From Raja brachyura (taxonomy: Eukaryota), in NCBI GenBank assembly GCA_963514005.1, contig OY740792.1:67394001-67458000 (forward strand): DNA of 64,000 nucleotides, in the 5' to 3' direction. The notes under the pieces were generated by a model. It saw only the letters and a program-made list of their open reading frames with translations, had not been told where the DNA came from and did not search any database. Made by a program: the position numbers and the translations under genes. Each line of letters begins with the position of its first letter. Position 1 is the stretch's first letter. Below, piece by piece: positions 1 through 12,634 of the stretch.

Positions 1-2433
1 CTCTAATGGTCCAATGTTATCCCTCGTTATCCTTTTGCTATTAATATAGCTGTAGAAACCCTTTGGATTTGCTTTCACCTTTCTTGCCAAAGCAACCTCA
101 CATCTTCTTTTAGCTTTTCTTATTTCTTTCTTAAGATTCTTTTTACTTTCTTTATACTCATCTAGCACCTCATTTACACCATGCCTTCTATAATTATTGT
201 AGATATCTCTCTTTTTTCGAACCAATTTCCAGTGTCCAATTTCCCTTGAAAACCATGGCTCTTTCCGGTTTTTCCTATTTCCTTTCAACCGAACAGGGAC
301 ATAGAGATTCTGTACTCTTACAATTTTCCCTTTAAATGTCCTCCATTTCTCTTCTACATCCTTCCCATAAAACAAAATGTTCCAATTCACTCCTTTTAAA
401 TCATTACACATTCCCTCAAAGTTAGCCTTTCTCCAATCAAAAATCTCAACCCTAGGTCCAGTTCTGACTTTCTCCATAATTATATTGAAACTAATGGTAT
501 TGTGATCACTGGTCCCGAAGTGCTCACCAACGCATACCTCCGTCACCTAACCTGCCTCATTTCCTAACAGGAGGTCCAGCACTACCTCTATGTATTGCTG
601 CAAAAAACTATCCTGCACACATTTAACAAACTCCAAACCATCCAGCCCATTTACAGAATGTGTTTCCCAGTCTATTTTTTGAAAATTGAAATCTCCCACA
701 ATCACTACCTTGTGCTTACTACTAATATCTGCTATCTCCTTACATATTAGCTCGTCCAATTCTCGCTCCACATTTGGTGGTCTATAATACACCCCTAAAA
801 GTGTTGCTACACCGTTCCCACTTCTCAGTTCCACCCAAATAGCCTCACCAGACGAGCCCTCTAATCTATCCTGCCAAAGCACAGCTGTCATATCTTCTCT
901 GACAAGCAATGCAACCCCTCCACCTCTGGTCCCTCCAATTCTATCACACCTGAAGCAACGAAATCCTGGAATATTTAGTTTCCAATCACAACCCTCCCGC
1001 AACCATGTTTCATTGATTGCCACAACATCATATTTCCAGGTGCCAATCCAGGCTCTAAGTTCATCCACCTTTCTTACAATGCTCCTAGCATTAAAATATA
1101 CACATTTTAGAAACTCACCATCCCTTATTCTCTGTTTATTATGTTTTTCCTCTTTCTCGCCTACATTTTGGGTCCGAGTGCTTCCCTTCTCTGCCTCTTG
1201 CCCCTCACCCTGTCCCCTAGCCCCCTCTACCCGAGTCCCTCCCCCCAGCCTTTCTAGTTTAAAGTCTCCTTTGCAAATCTCCCCGCCAGGATATTGGTTC
1301 CCCTCGGGTTCAAGTGCAACCCGTCCTTTTTATGCAGATCATGCCTTCCCCAAAAGAGGTCCCAGTGATCAAGAAACTTGAATTCCACCCAGTGCACCAG
1401 TCCCTCAGCCACGCATTTATCCTCCACCTCATTCCATTTCTACTCTCACTGTCATGTGGCACCGGCAGTAATCCTGAAATTGTTACTCTTTTGGTCCTTC
1501 TCCTTAACTTTCCCCGCAACTCCCTAAATTCTCCTTGCAGGACCTCTTCTCTTTTTCCGCCTATGTCATTGGTACCTATGTGTACCACACATCAGGCTCC
1601 TCTCCCTCCGTTTTCAGAATCTTTTCGACACGTTCCGACACATCCGAGACTCTGGCACCAGGGAGGCAAACTACAATCTGGATCTCCCGACTGCGTCCAC
1701 AGAATCGCCAATCTGACCCCCTAACTATGGAGTTCCCTATTACAATTGCCCTCCTCTTTTTGCTACCCTTCTGAGCATCAGAGCCGTTCTCTGTGCCGGA
1801 GGCCCGGCCGCTGTTGCTGACCCCAGGAAGGCTGTCCGCTCCAATCGAACTCAAACATGAGTACCTATTTTCCAGGTGTACAGCCACCAGGTACTATCTA
1901 GTCCCTGCCTCTGCCCCTTGCCCTTCCTAACAGTGACCCACGTGTCTGCCTCCCGTGATCTGGGAGTAACCACCTCCCTGCAACTCATGTCTATGACCTC
2001 CTCATTCTCCCTGACCAGACGGAGGTCCTCGAGCTGTTGCTCCAGGTTCCTAACACAGTCCTTTAGGAGCCCCATCTCGACACACCTGGTGCAGATGTGG
2101 ACGTCTGGAGGGCTATCGGCTTCCCTGACCTCCCACATCTGACATCCACAACAGTACACTGCCCTGGCCATCATACTCCCCCCTTACACTGGATACAATA
2201 TCAATACAATACAAAATACACTACAAACTACTGGAATCTGACTGCCAATCAGCTGCTTACCCTAGTCCACTTCCCACCAATCAGCGGCTTCCTCAAAAAC
2301 CCCCCCAAAAAAAACACTTCTCCGAATGGAACGCTATGGATTTTGGTAAGCCCCACTTTGTTAGATTTTTATCCTTACCGGCAGCGTGTTGCTCCTCCCC
2401 CTCCTCCTCTTCCAACGGCTCCTGTGGGCCTCT
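1..2433 (-). mobile_element. CR1 LINE, 5' portion (5' UTR, frameshifted ORF1 with Zn-finger and SGNH esterase, start of ORF2 AP endonuclease); continues off the window's left edge
   Basis: ORF pieces 1851..2174 (CxxCxMW...HICTRC), 1576..1887 (IVIGNSIVRG) and 1310..1588 (VHIGTND) match the CR1 ORF1 esterase; 547..1068 (INETWL, GGGVAL, VYYRPP, VGDFN) is APE; frameshifts and stops present. Confidence 0.93.
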
Positions 2434-2959
2434 GAAAAAGCAAGCCCCTGGATTGATTGGCCGCCAAATAATCAGGCACAAAATAATTGACAAATAGGAA
2501 AACAAAAATCGCTGGTCAGTGCAAACTCAGTGGACTATCTGGCTGTATCTCCAAACTAAACAGTATAACATGCAGGTACATTCATTTAAAATAAAATTCA
2601 GTGATTATTTCACATGATTTATTACTGTGTAAAGCTCAGTATCTGCCCAATTTCTGTCTAACAAGTTTGGTCTGCCATGAGCATTTTTCTCTCCCAAAAC
2701 AGTTCATATCTAGCAATACGATCAACGTACCAGACAGCAGTTGGATGCAGTCATGTGATTAACAAGCGATTGATAAGATTTGATGGGGCACCCTGAGCTT
2801 TTTTGCACTAGTATTAGGGTTAAGTTATTGAATTCATTCGCTTCTCATGCAATCTATGAGTATTGTATTTACACGCCTGATATGCTGCTGCAAATAAGAA
2901 TTTTATTGTTCTGTTGTGGGTACACATGACAATTATACATTCTTGACTCGACTCTTCAC

Positions 2960-4623
2960 TCATAGAATCATAGAAAATAGGTGTAGGAGTAGGTCATTCG
3001 GCCCTTTGAGCCTGCTATTCAATATGATCATGGCTGATCATTCAACTCAGTATCCCGTACCTGCCTTCTATCTGTACCCCCTGATCCCTTTAGCCACAAG
3101 GGCCACATCTAACTCCCTCTTAAATATAGCCAATGAACTGGCCTCAACTACCTTCTGTGGAAGAGGATTCCACAGATTCACCACTCTCTGTGTGAAAAAT
3201 GTTTTTCTCATCTCTGTCCTAAAAGACTTCACCCTTATCCTTAAACTGTGACCCTTTGTTCTGGACTTCCCCAACATCGGGAACAATCTTCCTGCATCTA
3301 GCCTGTCCAACCCCTTAAGAATTTTGTAAGTCTCTATAAGATCCCCCCTCAATCTTCTAAATTCCAGCAAGTACAAGCCGAGCCTATCCAGTCTTTCTTC
3401 ATATGGAAGTCCTGCCATCCCAGGAATCAGTCTGGTGAACCTTCTCTGTACTCCCTCTATGGCAAGAATGTCTTTCCTCAGATTAGGAGACCAAAACTGT
3501 ATGCAATACTCCAGATGTGGCCTCACCAAGACCCTGTACAACTGCAGTAGAACCTCCCTGCTCTTGTACTCAAATCCTTTTGCTATGAATGCCAACATAC
3601 CATTCGTTTTCTTCACAGCCTGCTGCACCTGCATGCCTACTTTCAATGACTGGTGTACCATGACACCCAGGACTCGTTGCATCTCCCCTTTTCCTAATCG
3701 GCCACCATTCAGATAATAGTCTATCCTCCTGGTTTTGCCACCAAAGTGGATAACCTCACATTTATCCACATTATACTGCACCTGCCATGCATTTGCCCAC
3801 TCACACAAACTATCCAATTCACCTTGCAGCCTCCTAGCATCCTCCTCACAGCTAACACTGCCCCCCAGCTTCGTGTCATCCGCAAACTTGGAGATGTTGC
3901 ATTCAATTCCCTCATCCAGATCATTAATATATATTGTAAATAGCTGGGGTCCCAGCACTGAGCCTTGTGGTACCCCACTAGTCACTGCCTGCCATTCTGA
4001 AAATGACCCGTTTACTCCTACTCTTTGCTTCCTGTCTGCAAGCCAGTTCTCTATCCACATCAATACTGAACCCCCAATACTGGGTGCTTTACATTTGTAT
4101 ACTAATCTCTTATGTGGGACCTTGTCGAAAGCCTTCTGAAAGTCCAGATATAACACATCCACAGGTTCTCCCTTATCCACTCTACTAGTTACATTCTCGA
4201 AAAATTCTATAAGATTCGTCAGACATGATTTACCCTTCATAAATCCTTGCTGACTTTGTCCAATGATTTCACCACTTTCCAAATGTGCTGCTATCCCATC
4301 TTTAATAACTGACTCTAGCAGTTTCCCCACTACCGATGTTAGACTAACTGGTCTGTAATTTGCCGTTTTCTCTCTCCCTCCCTTTTTAAAAAGTGGGGTT
4401 ACATTAGCTACCCTCCAATCCTCAGGAACTACTCCAGAATCTAAAGAGTTTTGAAAAATTATCACAAATGCATCCACTATTTCTGGGGCTACTGCCTTAA
4501 GTACTCTGGGCTCACTGAAGAACCATGAGCTCACAGAACCCTGAGCTCGCTGAACCCCGAGCTCGATTTTATCACTCACCGCCCGGAGACTTCTCCTCTT
4601 GCTCCAATGGCTCCTGGGCCTCT
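2960..4623 (-). mobile_element. CR1 LINE, RT-containing 3' part with 3' UTR, joined to about 110 bp of a 5'-end-like sequence
   Basis: ORF 3068..4579 has [20 protein letters not shown] and FADD; CR1 3' tail (TTCTATG-type repeats) at about 2960-2980. Confidence 0.95.
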
Positions 4624-5295
4624 CCTATTTGTGCAATAGAAAACGGGTAACTATAGCACTCTGCATCAAGTTAAAAAGAGTCAGCAGTTAGTCGGGAAGT
4701 GACTATTCGCCTCCAAAGAGCAACACAAGTATTCTCACCGGTAGAGTAGGTGCAATAAGCCCCCCGTGAGAAATTTTATTTCTCTGAAATTGAAGATAGA
4801 CATAAAGCTGGAGTAACTCAGCAAGACAGGCAGCACAGCGACTCTGGAGAGAAGACCCTTCTTCAGACTGTACTGAACTCTCGTCGGTGAGAGTACTTGT
4901 GATTGTCTGAAGAAGGGTCTTGACCAGAAATACAACCCTCTCCCCAGAGCCCATGCCCATCCCACTGAGCCACCTTCAACTTCAGAGCCAAACAAAAAAC
5001 ACAGATAGCTGGAGGAACTCAGTGGGCAAGGTGGCTGCTTAACCCGCTGAGTTTCTCCAGCATTTTTCTCTACCGCAAAACGTTAATGATTCTGGGAATC
5101 TCGAAGTGACAGGGTGAGAGAGAGAGAGAGAGCTAGAGAGGGACGAGATGGGGAGTGAGAGAGAGGGAAGGAGAGAGCGAAAAACAGAGAGACACAACGT
5201 GGGTCGGTAGGTGAATGACTAACCTGCACACGAAGAAGAAACCCCTTCTCGCGGTCCGGAGCCGTCAATCATGATGGCGAGGTTTAAAAAATTCT

Positions 5296-5468
5296 CAATG
5301 TGTCATCAATGCATCAATCTACATTCCTCAGTAAATGTATTTGTGTTTTGAACAAGTATTAATGATGCTGTGTGAATTTTATTCAAAGGAACGTGGCGTC
5401 ATTAATACTTGTTCAAAACACAATTACATTTACTGAGGAATGTGGATCGATGCATCGATGACACATTG
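5296..5468. repeat. Long imperfect palindrome (about 72-bp arms), probable MITE
   Basis: caatgtgtcatc...gtattaatga is mirrored by tcattaatac...gatgacacattg. Confidence 0.75.
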
Positions 5469-5627
5469 TATAACTACTTGTTAACTACTGGCTGTTAACA
5501 AGTGCTAACAGTAGTAGTTAACAAATTGTTAAAGAAGGAACTGCAGATGCTGGAGAATCGAGGGTTACACAAAAAGCTGGAGAAACTCAGCGGGTGCAGC
5601 AGCATCTAAGGAGTGAAGGAGATAGGC

Positions 5628-5655
5628 GACGTTTCGGGTCGAGACCCTTCTTCAG
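5628..5655 (-). ncRNA. Second hammerhead core in the inverted 5' pLTR
   Basis: Exact reverse complement of 8384-8411. Confidence 0.78.
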
Positions 5656-5722
5656 ACTGGTCAGGGCTCAGGGAAACGAGAGATATAAACAGTGATATGG
5701 AGAGATAAAGCAAGAACAATGA

Positions 5723-8125
5723 GTGAAAGATATGCAAAAAAGTATTGGTGATAAGGAAAGCAGGCATTGTAAGCTGTTGAAAGCAGGCCATTGTAAGCAT
5801 GTAACCCCTGCTCTTTCACACCCACATCACAGCCCCCATACCCCCCCACCCCCTGACCACCCTCCACCCCCCCACCACACAACGCTCCGTCCTCAGTCCA
5901 CTCACCTGCCTTCCTCTAGCCACAACCCCCATCCCTGCCGTGTGTTCACCATCCCCCCGGACCTCCCCCTCTCCGACACCGAAAGGTCGGTCCTCAGCAG
6001 AGGTCTTACCTTTGTCCCCCTCCGTCCCCACCTCAATGAGTTCCGTGCCCACCACGACTTGGAGCTTTTCTACCGTCGCCTCTGCCTCACAGCGTTTTTC
6101 CACGGGAACAAGTCCTCGCCCCCCACTGATGATCCCTTTTCCTGTCTCCCACGTACCCCCTCCTCGTGGACCCCCCCTCGTGGCCCTCCAGCTTTAGAAC
6201 TATTTATACAAAACTGCCGTCGGGACATCAACCGCCTCGACTTCTCCACTCCCCTGTCTCACTCCAATCTCTCCCCCTCCGAACGTACTGCCATCGACTC
6301 ACTCCGCAACAACCCAGACTGGGTTATCAAACCCGCCGACAAGGGAGGTGCCATGGTAGTCTGGCGCGTCGATCTCTACAAAGCAGAGGCCACGCGCCAA
6401 CTCTCGGACACCTCCTCCTACTTACCCCTGGACCATGACCCCACTGACGAGCACCAGGCCACCATCTCGAGCACCATAACTGACTTCATTAACTCCGGCT
6501 CCCTACCCCCCCGAGCCTCCAACCTCATCGTTTCCCAGCCCCGCACAGCCCGATTTTACCTTCTCCCCAAAATCCACAAACCCGACTGCCCCGGCAGACC
6601 CATTGTCTCTGCCTGTTCGTGCCCCACCGAACACATTTCCACATACCTTGACTCCATCCTATCCCCCTTTGTTAAATCCCTCCCCACCTATGTTCAAGAC
6701 ACCTCAGACACTCTCCGTCGGCTCCGCACATTCCGTTGTCCAGGCCCCCATCCTCTCATCTTCACCATGGACGTCCAGTCACTATACACCTGCATCCCCC
6801 ACCAGGATGGTCTCAAAGCCCTCCGGTACTTCCTCGACCAGAGGAGCAACCCATACCCATCCACTGACACCCTCCTCCGCCTAGCGGAGTTGGTCCTTAC
6901 CCTAAACAACTTCTCTTTTGACTCCTCCCATTTCCTCCAAACACAAGGCGTAGCTATGGGCACACGCATGGGCCCTAGCTACGCCTGCCTCTTTGTCGGG
7001 TACGTCGAACAATCTTTGTTCTCGACGTACCAGGGCCCCACCCCCGACCTTTACCTCCGTTACATTGACGACTGCTTTGGTGTCACCTCCTGCACCCATG
7101 CAGAACTGACTGACTTTATCCATTTCACCACCAACTTCCATCCGGCACTCAAATATACTTGGACCATTTCCGACATTTCCCTACCATTCCTTGACCTCAC
7201 CATCTCTATTGCAGGCGACACACTCCTGACTGACATCCACTACAAACCAACTGACTCCCACAGCTACCTGGACTACTCTTCCTCCCACCCTGCTTCCTGT
7301 AAGGACTCCATCCCCTATTCCCAATTCCTCCGACTACGCCGCATCTGCTCCCAGGATGACGTGTTCCACACCAGGTCATCGCAAATGTCCTCGTTCTTCA
7401 GAGAACGGGGTTTCCCCTCCCCCACTATCGATGAGGCTCGCACCAGGGTCTCCTCCATACCCCGCAACACTGCCCTCTCTCCCCATTCCCCCACTCACAA
7501 CAAGGGCCGAGTCCCCCTGGTCCTCACCTTTCACCCCACCAGCCAGTGCATACAACAGATAGTCCTCCGCCAGTTTCGCCACCTCCAACGTGACCCCTCC
7601 ACTCGCCACATCTTCCCATCTCCCCCCCTATCTGCTTTCCGCAAAGACCGCTCCCTCCGCAACTCCCTCGTCAATTCTTCCCTTCCCGCCTGCTCCACTC
7701 CTTCCCCGGGCACTTTCCCTTGCAACCGCAAGAGATGCTACACTTGTTCTTTCACCTCCCCCATCAACTCCTTTCAGGGACCCAAGCAGTCATTCCAAGT
7801 CCGACAGAGGTTCACCTGCACCTCCTCCAACCTCGTCTACTGCATCCGTTGCTCCAGATGCCAGCTAATCTACATCGGTGAGACCAAGCGGAGGCTAGGC
7901 GATCGTTTCGCCGAACACCTCCGCTCGGTCCGCAATAACCAACCCGACCTCCCGGTGGCTCAGCACTTCAACTCCCCCTCCCACTCCGTATCCGACCTCT
8001 CGGTCCTGGGCCTCCTCCATGGCCAGAGTGAACAACACCGCAAGTTTGAGGAACAACATCTCATATTCCGCTTGGGGAGTCTGCATCCTCTGGGCTTAAA
8101 CATTGAATTTTCTCAATTCTGTTAA
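5723..8125 (+). CDS. Penelope RT/GIY-YIG endonuclease ORF (open for 800 codons; the N-terminal part reads out of the inverted pLTR)
   Basis: IKPADKGG, DVQSLYT, GVAMGTRMGP, RYIDD; C-terminal NLVYCIRC...IYIGETKR...RFAEH GIY-YIG. Confidence 0.92.
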   Translation: MKDMQKSIGDKESRHCKLLKAGHCKHVTPALSHPHHSPHTPPPPDHPPPPHHTTLRPQSTHLPSSSHNPHPCRVFTIPPDLPLSDTERSVLSRGLTFVPLRPHLNEFRAHHDLELFYRRLCLTAFFHGNKSSPPTDDPFSCLPRTPSSWTPPRGPPALELFIQNCRRDINRLDFSTPLSHSNLSPSERTAIDSLRNNPDWVIKPADKGGAMVVWRVDLYKAEATRQLSDTSSYLPLDHDPTDEHQATISSTITDFINSGSLPPRASNLIVSQPRTARFYLLPKIHKPDCPGRPIVSACSCPTEHISTYLDSILSPFVKSLPTYVQDTSDTLRRLRTFRCPGPHPLIFTMDVQSLYTCIPHQDGLKALRYFLDQRSNPYPSTDTLLRLAELVLTLNNFSFDSSHFLQTQGVAMGTRMGPSYACLFVGYVEQSLFSTYQGPTPDLYLRYIDDCFGVTSCTHAELTDFIHFTTNFHPALKYTWTISDISLPFLDLTISIAGDTLLTDIHYKPTDSHSYLDYSSSHPASCKDSIPYSQFLRLRRICSQDDVFHTRSSQMSSFFRERGFPSPTIDEARTRVSSIPRNTALSPHSPTHNKGRVPLVLTFHPTSQCIQQIVLRQFRHLQRDPSTRHIFPSPPLSAFRKDRSLRNSLVNSSLPACSTPSPGTFPCNRKRCYTCSFTSPINSFQGPKQSFQVRQRFTCTSSNLVYCIRCSRCQLIYIGETKRRLGDRFAEHLRSVRNNQPDLPVAQHFNSPSHSVSDLSVLGLLHGQSEQHRKFEEQHLIFRLGSLHPLGLNIEFSQFC

Positions 8126-8383
8126 CCCAGACTGCTCCTTTCCCCCCCCCCCCCCCACCCCCCCACCTCTCCCTCAGCCCTCGGGCCCTGACATTCCTTC
8201 TCCATCTCCCCCCCCCCCCCCCCCCCCAAGTCGCACTAGCTTCTCATTTTCACACCAGAAACAGCTTACAATGGCCTGCTTTCCTTATCACCAATACTTT
8301 TTTGCATATCTTTCACTCATTGTTCTTGCTTTATCTCTCCATATCACTGTTTATATCTCTCGTTTCCCTGATCCCTGACCAGT

Positions 8384-8411
8384 CTGAAGAAGGGTCTCGA
8401 CCCGAAACGTC
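8384..8411 (+). ncRNA. Minimal type I hammerhead ribozyme core in the Penelope pLTR
   Basis: CUGAAGA-A-GGGUC-UC-GACCC-GAAA-CG-UC: conserved core, 5-bp stem II, loopless palindromic ACGU stem III, GUC cleavage triplet. Confidence 0.8.
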
Positions 8412-8605
8412 GCCTATCTCCTTCACTCCTTAGATGCTGCTGCACCCGCTGAGTTTCTCCAGCTTTTTGTGTAACCCCCAGTAGTTAACAAATTGTTTGT
8501 TTCTGATGGCCATGCAGTGGTTGTTATCAATGTTCGTTTTATGAAAAAATTCGGATGGCAAATGTTTTTTTTAATCTTTATTTAACAAAGCAAATTCGTA
8601 TTTCC

Positions 8606-9830
8606 TTTTTTTAAAACAATTTTTTTTAGAAGTAAGTACAGGAATATGGCACCAAGGTGCCTAATATATATTGACATATTACATTTTATGTATAGCTTCT
8701 TATTTTTTTATTTTTTTAATAATGAGATAGAAAAAGAGAGAGTAGATAATAAAAGATCGAGAAACATGTGATATATAGTGTGTGAGAAAGAAAAAAGTGT
8801 AAAAAAAGAAAGTTGAGAATGAAAAACGGGAAAAGAAAGAAAAAAAGAGTAGAAAGTAAGAGATTAAGGAGATCATTCTCTATATTCTTGACCATCCCTC
8901 ACCCAATCCTGAAACAGTTAGCTTCTACGGTTTTGTTGCACCATATGATTCCAAAAAATTGTCAAATGGAGACCAACTTGTTAAAAATTGGTCTGATTTA
9001 TCTATTAGGAGGAATCTCATTTCCTCAAGATGTGCAGTGTCCAACATGTTTGAAATCCACATTATAAGCGTTGGTATGGTTGTATTTTTCCAAAAGTTAA
9101 ACATAAGTTGTTTTGCCGTTATTAACCCATAATTTAAAAATAAATTTTGAGATGAGTTCAGTTTATTCCCATCTGCCATTAATCCAAATATAATCTTTTC
9201 AGTATTAGCTTCCATTTTAATCTTAAATAATTTTGTAAATATTTCAAAAATATCACTCCAGAATTTATAAAGTGTTATGCAGGAGACAAAAAAGGGTGTT
9301 ATAGTTGCGTTTTGGGATAAGCATTTATCACAAATGGGGGAAGTATTTGGATAGAATTTATTCAGTCTAGTTTTTGAGTAAGATAATCTATGTAAAAGGT
9401 TAAATTGAATTAAATTATGTCTTACATTAATCGAACCTTTGTGTATATATATCAAATACTTTTCCCATGTTTCCTTCTCAATTTTAATCATTAATTCTTG
9501 TTCCCACTCTTCTCTAAGTGCCTCTGTCTATGGTAAATCTATATTTAAAATACTATTATATAAATATGATATTAATTTCTGTGAGTCAGCCTTAATGTTA
9601 AATGCTTCTTCCAATGGCTCTGAAGTTATGTTTGAATATCTTTGTATGTATTTCTTCATGAAGTCACAGATCTGAAGATATTTAAAATATTGGTTATTTT
9701 TCAGTTTAAATTTTAATTGTAATTGTTTAAATGATAACAGATTTCCCATTTCATACATATCACCGATCCTTTTAATTCCCATTCTTTCCCATTGATTATA
9801 TGTTTTATCGATATTCGATGTAGTATTGAA
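8606..9830 (-). mobile_element. L1-clade LINE 3' fragment (ORF2 C-terminus, 3' UTR, A-rich tail)
   Basis: ORFs 9528..9845 and 8925..9491 with QFNLLHR, CDKC zinc-knuckle remnant and FWKNTTIPT; T-runs on the + strand at about 8606-8627. Confidence 0.8.
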
Positions 9831-12634
9831 CCATACTTTCATCATACTTTGAGATCCAACATTTATTCTGTGTTATCATTGATCTGAACTGGATGATACA
9901 CCAGTGGCAAAGGAGATTTAGGTAATTATTACAGGATACTTTTACTTGATTACCATGTGACTAACATATGTCACTATCGTAGAGCAGCAACTTGAATTTG
10001 AGCATGTAGAATATGTATATTCACTCAATAGCCCCTAACCCATGGGGTGCATCTAGTGTATATATTTAGTTGATACCAACAATTGAAAGAATTTGTAACT
10101 CATGCAATCTCCAATACCTCCAAGTAGGTGATGGTATTTGGAACTTCTCATCTTAGAGTCCTAAGCATCAGTTTGTAATAACTAAATTCGACCAACCACA
10201 CTACTGTAGCGAGGTTCAAGTTCAATGAGTTATTGTCATGTTCAGCAATGTTGAATACTGTTACTTCATCATTGTGGCTGAGGTAGCTTCAGCTGACAAT
10301 AGCATAAGGTTGTTAACAATGGTCTAATTGCTACTTACATGATCTCAGTTCTTTGATTTGCTCAGCTGAAACACAGCTGCTATATTGCCAATTACTCTTG
10401 ATGAAAATAAAACTCAGTTTTGTAACAGATTGCCATAAGTCCAATCACTTGCCACAAGGCGGATTCAGGCCTAATAATAGTTAAAGGTAAATCCCAATGA
10501 CCAACAAACAGTTTATCCCATACCCCAAAGCTTTACTGTTATAGTACAGTTATATTGTCTTTGGTAACCTCTGTAATGGGATTTGCATAGCATGGATCTT
10601 TGACCCTTATGAATCTGTTGTAAGTCAGGAAAATAATTTTTCATATTCGGAAAGTTCATATGCCCGACACTCTCCATTTTTCATAATAACATTCCACTCC
10701 TGCCTTATTCCATGGGTGGTTTGCATGAGAACTTTTGCCCAATTTCCGAATTCTTTTTTTAAATAACCCTGGCCATAATCCAAACTTGCTAGGAATGCTC
10801 CGACTGTGCCTCAACCAAATATTTTTACCCTTTGTGTGTTGTACAAAACAAATGTAAATATTACAACTTGTGAACGGTGCACTACTCATATTTTGGAAGT
10901 GCTAGACCCATTCTGTTGTGTAGGATTGGTAAGGTGCATGGAATTTCTGAGCTATCATGCTGCCCCCAGCTCCAGTGAACCGCTTACTGCCGATGAGCGC
11001 CTGGGGTGCGTTCTGAAATTATGACTTTTGCCCGCCGTTGGCCTAATTGATTTGTCTGCCAGGCTTTCTTCCCCTGTTGAATAGGCCTACCTGAATAACA
11101 GATTCAGCGGCTGGCTCTCGCATCCCCCTGTTGGCGCTGTTCACTGCCGGCACATATGTGCTTAAGTATCTTCTATTGACTTCTTTAGAGCCTGGAGTCA
11201 GTTATATCTTGACCATTTGCTCTTCTCTCCTCAGAGAGGGTGATTCATAGGCAACCCTAAACAGGCGCTGCCGCAGGATACACATACTGATACAAACCCA
11301 TTGGCCTTAACCCAATAGAATACTCTGCTGGGATAGCAACTTTGTTGTCAGGAAAAAGGTACCTCTGACATGTGCCCTTCATCCCTTGGGGTGTGCCCCA
11401 CAGCCATACCCTGAGACTCAGTGTCTGCAGGATACTGACCCGTCTTGGTCTCTGCCTCCAAGAGGGAGACCTCTGTAGCACTGTATGCAACAGTTGCTGT
11501 ATTTGGGATAGTCGTTTTAAACGCACTATCCAGCCCCGGTGATAGGAATTCATCCCCCGACTCCGTGGGCCTTGGTATCCAGCCCCGGTGTAGAATCATC
11601 TCCCGACTCTGTGAGCATAGCAGATTATGTGTGAACTTGAGCAACCCTGTCCCAGGCGTTGCTAGCGCCGCCTTTCATAAAGGCTGGCACTTTTTGACAT
11701 GAAACAGCCCTGTACCAGGTGCTGCTAGCACGGCTCTCCCCAGGGCCGGTAATAACCATATAACAATTACAGCATGGAAACAGGCCCTCTCGGCCCTTCC
11801 AGTCCGTGCCAAACATTTATTTTCCCCTAGTCCCATCTACCTGCACTCAGACCATACCCCTCCATTCCCTTCCCGTCCATATACCTTACCTAATGTCACA
11901 AATGAAACAGCCCTGTATCAGGTGCTGCTGGCATGGCTCTCCCGTAGCCCAGCACTTTCATACATGAAGCAGCCCTGTCCCATAGGCCCACATTATTTCC
12001 TTGAAGCAGCCCTGTCAGGCGCTGCTGGCGCGGCTTGTCCCATGGGTCACTATCAACTCACTAATGTTCACTAATCAACATTTTTAGTGTACAGTTTTAC
12101 CTGTGAAGGATTACAACAATTCACTGCAGTTTTTGCTAAAAAACAAGGATTACATTGTCAGAGACATATAACAATAACTTTTTATGACTTTAACTTTGCC
12201 TTTAGCTTTTAACTTTAAGAAAAAGACTATAACATACATACATTTTATTATAAGGAGAACCCTTTGTAGCCCGACTCACCTGAGTCCAAATAGGGCTGAA
12301 TTAGTCCCATTTAATTCCTTGCCTGGGGACCAACGTCTGTGAGCCACTGACCACACTGTCAGTGACTCTATCGTTACTTCCTTGCCATTCCAACGGCATC
12401 CCCACAGGCTGGGAGCCGCTGACTACACTGCCAGCGACTCTGCTTGAATTTCTTGCCGTTTTTATGGCATCCCCGCTGGCTGGGAGCTGCTGACTGCACT
12501 GTTAGCGGCTCCTTATCTCACAACTTCTCTGTCCTGCCAGTCTGGTGCTTGCGCCAGTGCCGCTGACGTACTGGTGCGCATGCGGCCTGGCAGGTCTTCT
12601 TCACGGAATCACTCAAGTGACTCCGAAGTAAAAT
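9811..12634 (-). mobile_element. Degenerate/non-autonomous DIRS element, 5' half (copy A)
   Basis: Reverse complement begins attttacttcggagtcac..., like the left terminus at 37706; 9811-11130 is homologous (inverted) to 37081-37705, 43340-43802 and 45596-45780. Confidence 0.85.

Larger units (their letters stand above)
5531..8479 (+). mobile_element. Penelope-like element (RT + GIY-YIG), 5'-truncated, with inverted 5' pLTR copy and 18-bp target-site duplication
   Basis: About 5560-5778 is the reverse complement of the 3' pLTR 8261-8477; TSD agtagttaacaaattgtt at 5513-5530 and 8480-8497. Confidence 0.95.

Noticed and set aside
3435-4139. Antisense ORFs over CR1 and Penelope coding regions (also 5816-7731 and 44830-45522)
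   Set aside because: Shadow frames of TE ORFs
4739-5272. Possible exons of a third minus-strand gene (5272-5224 with gttagt donor; 4783-4739)
   Set aside because: First peptide is not signal-like, joining gives an immediate stop, and there is no downstream coding exon; could only be UTR exons, which cannot be supported here
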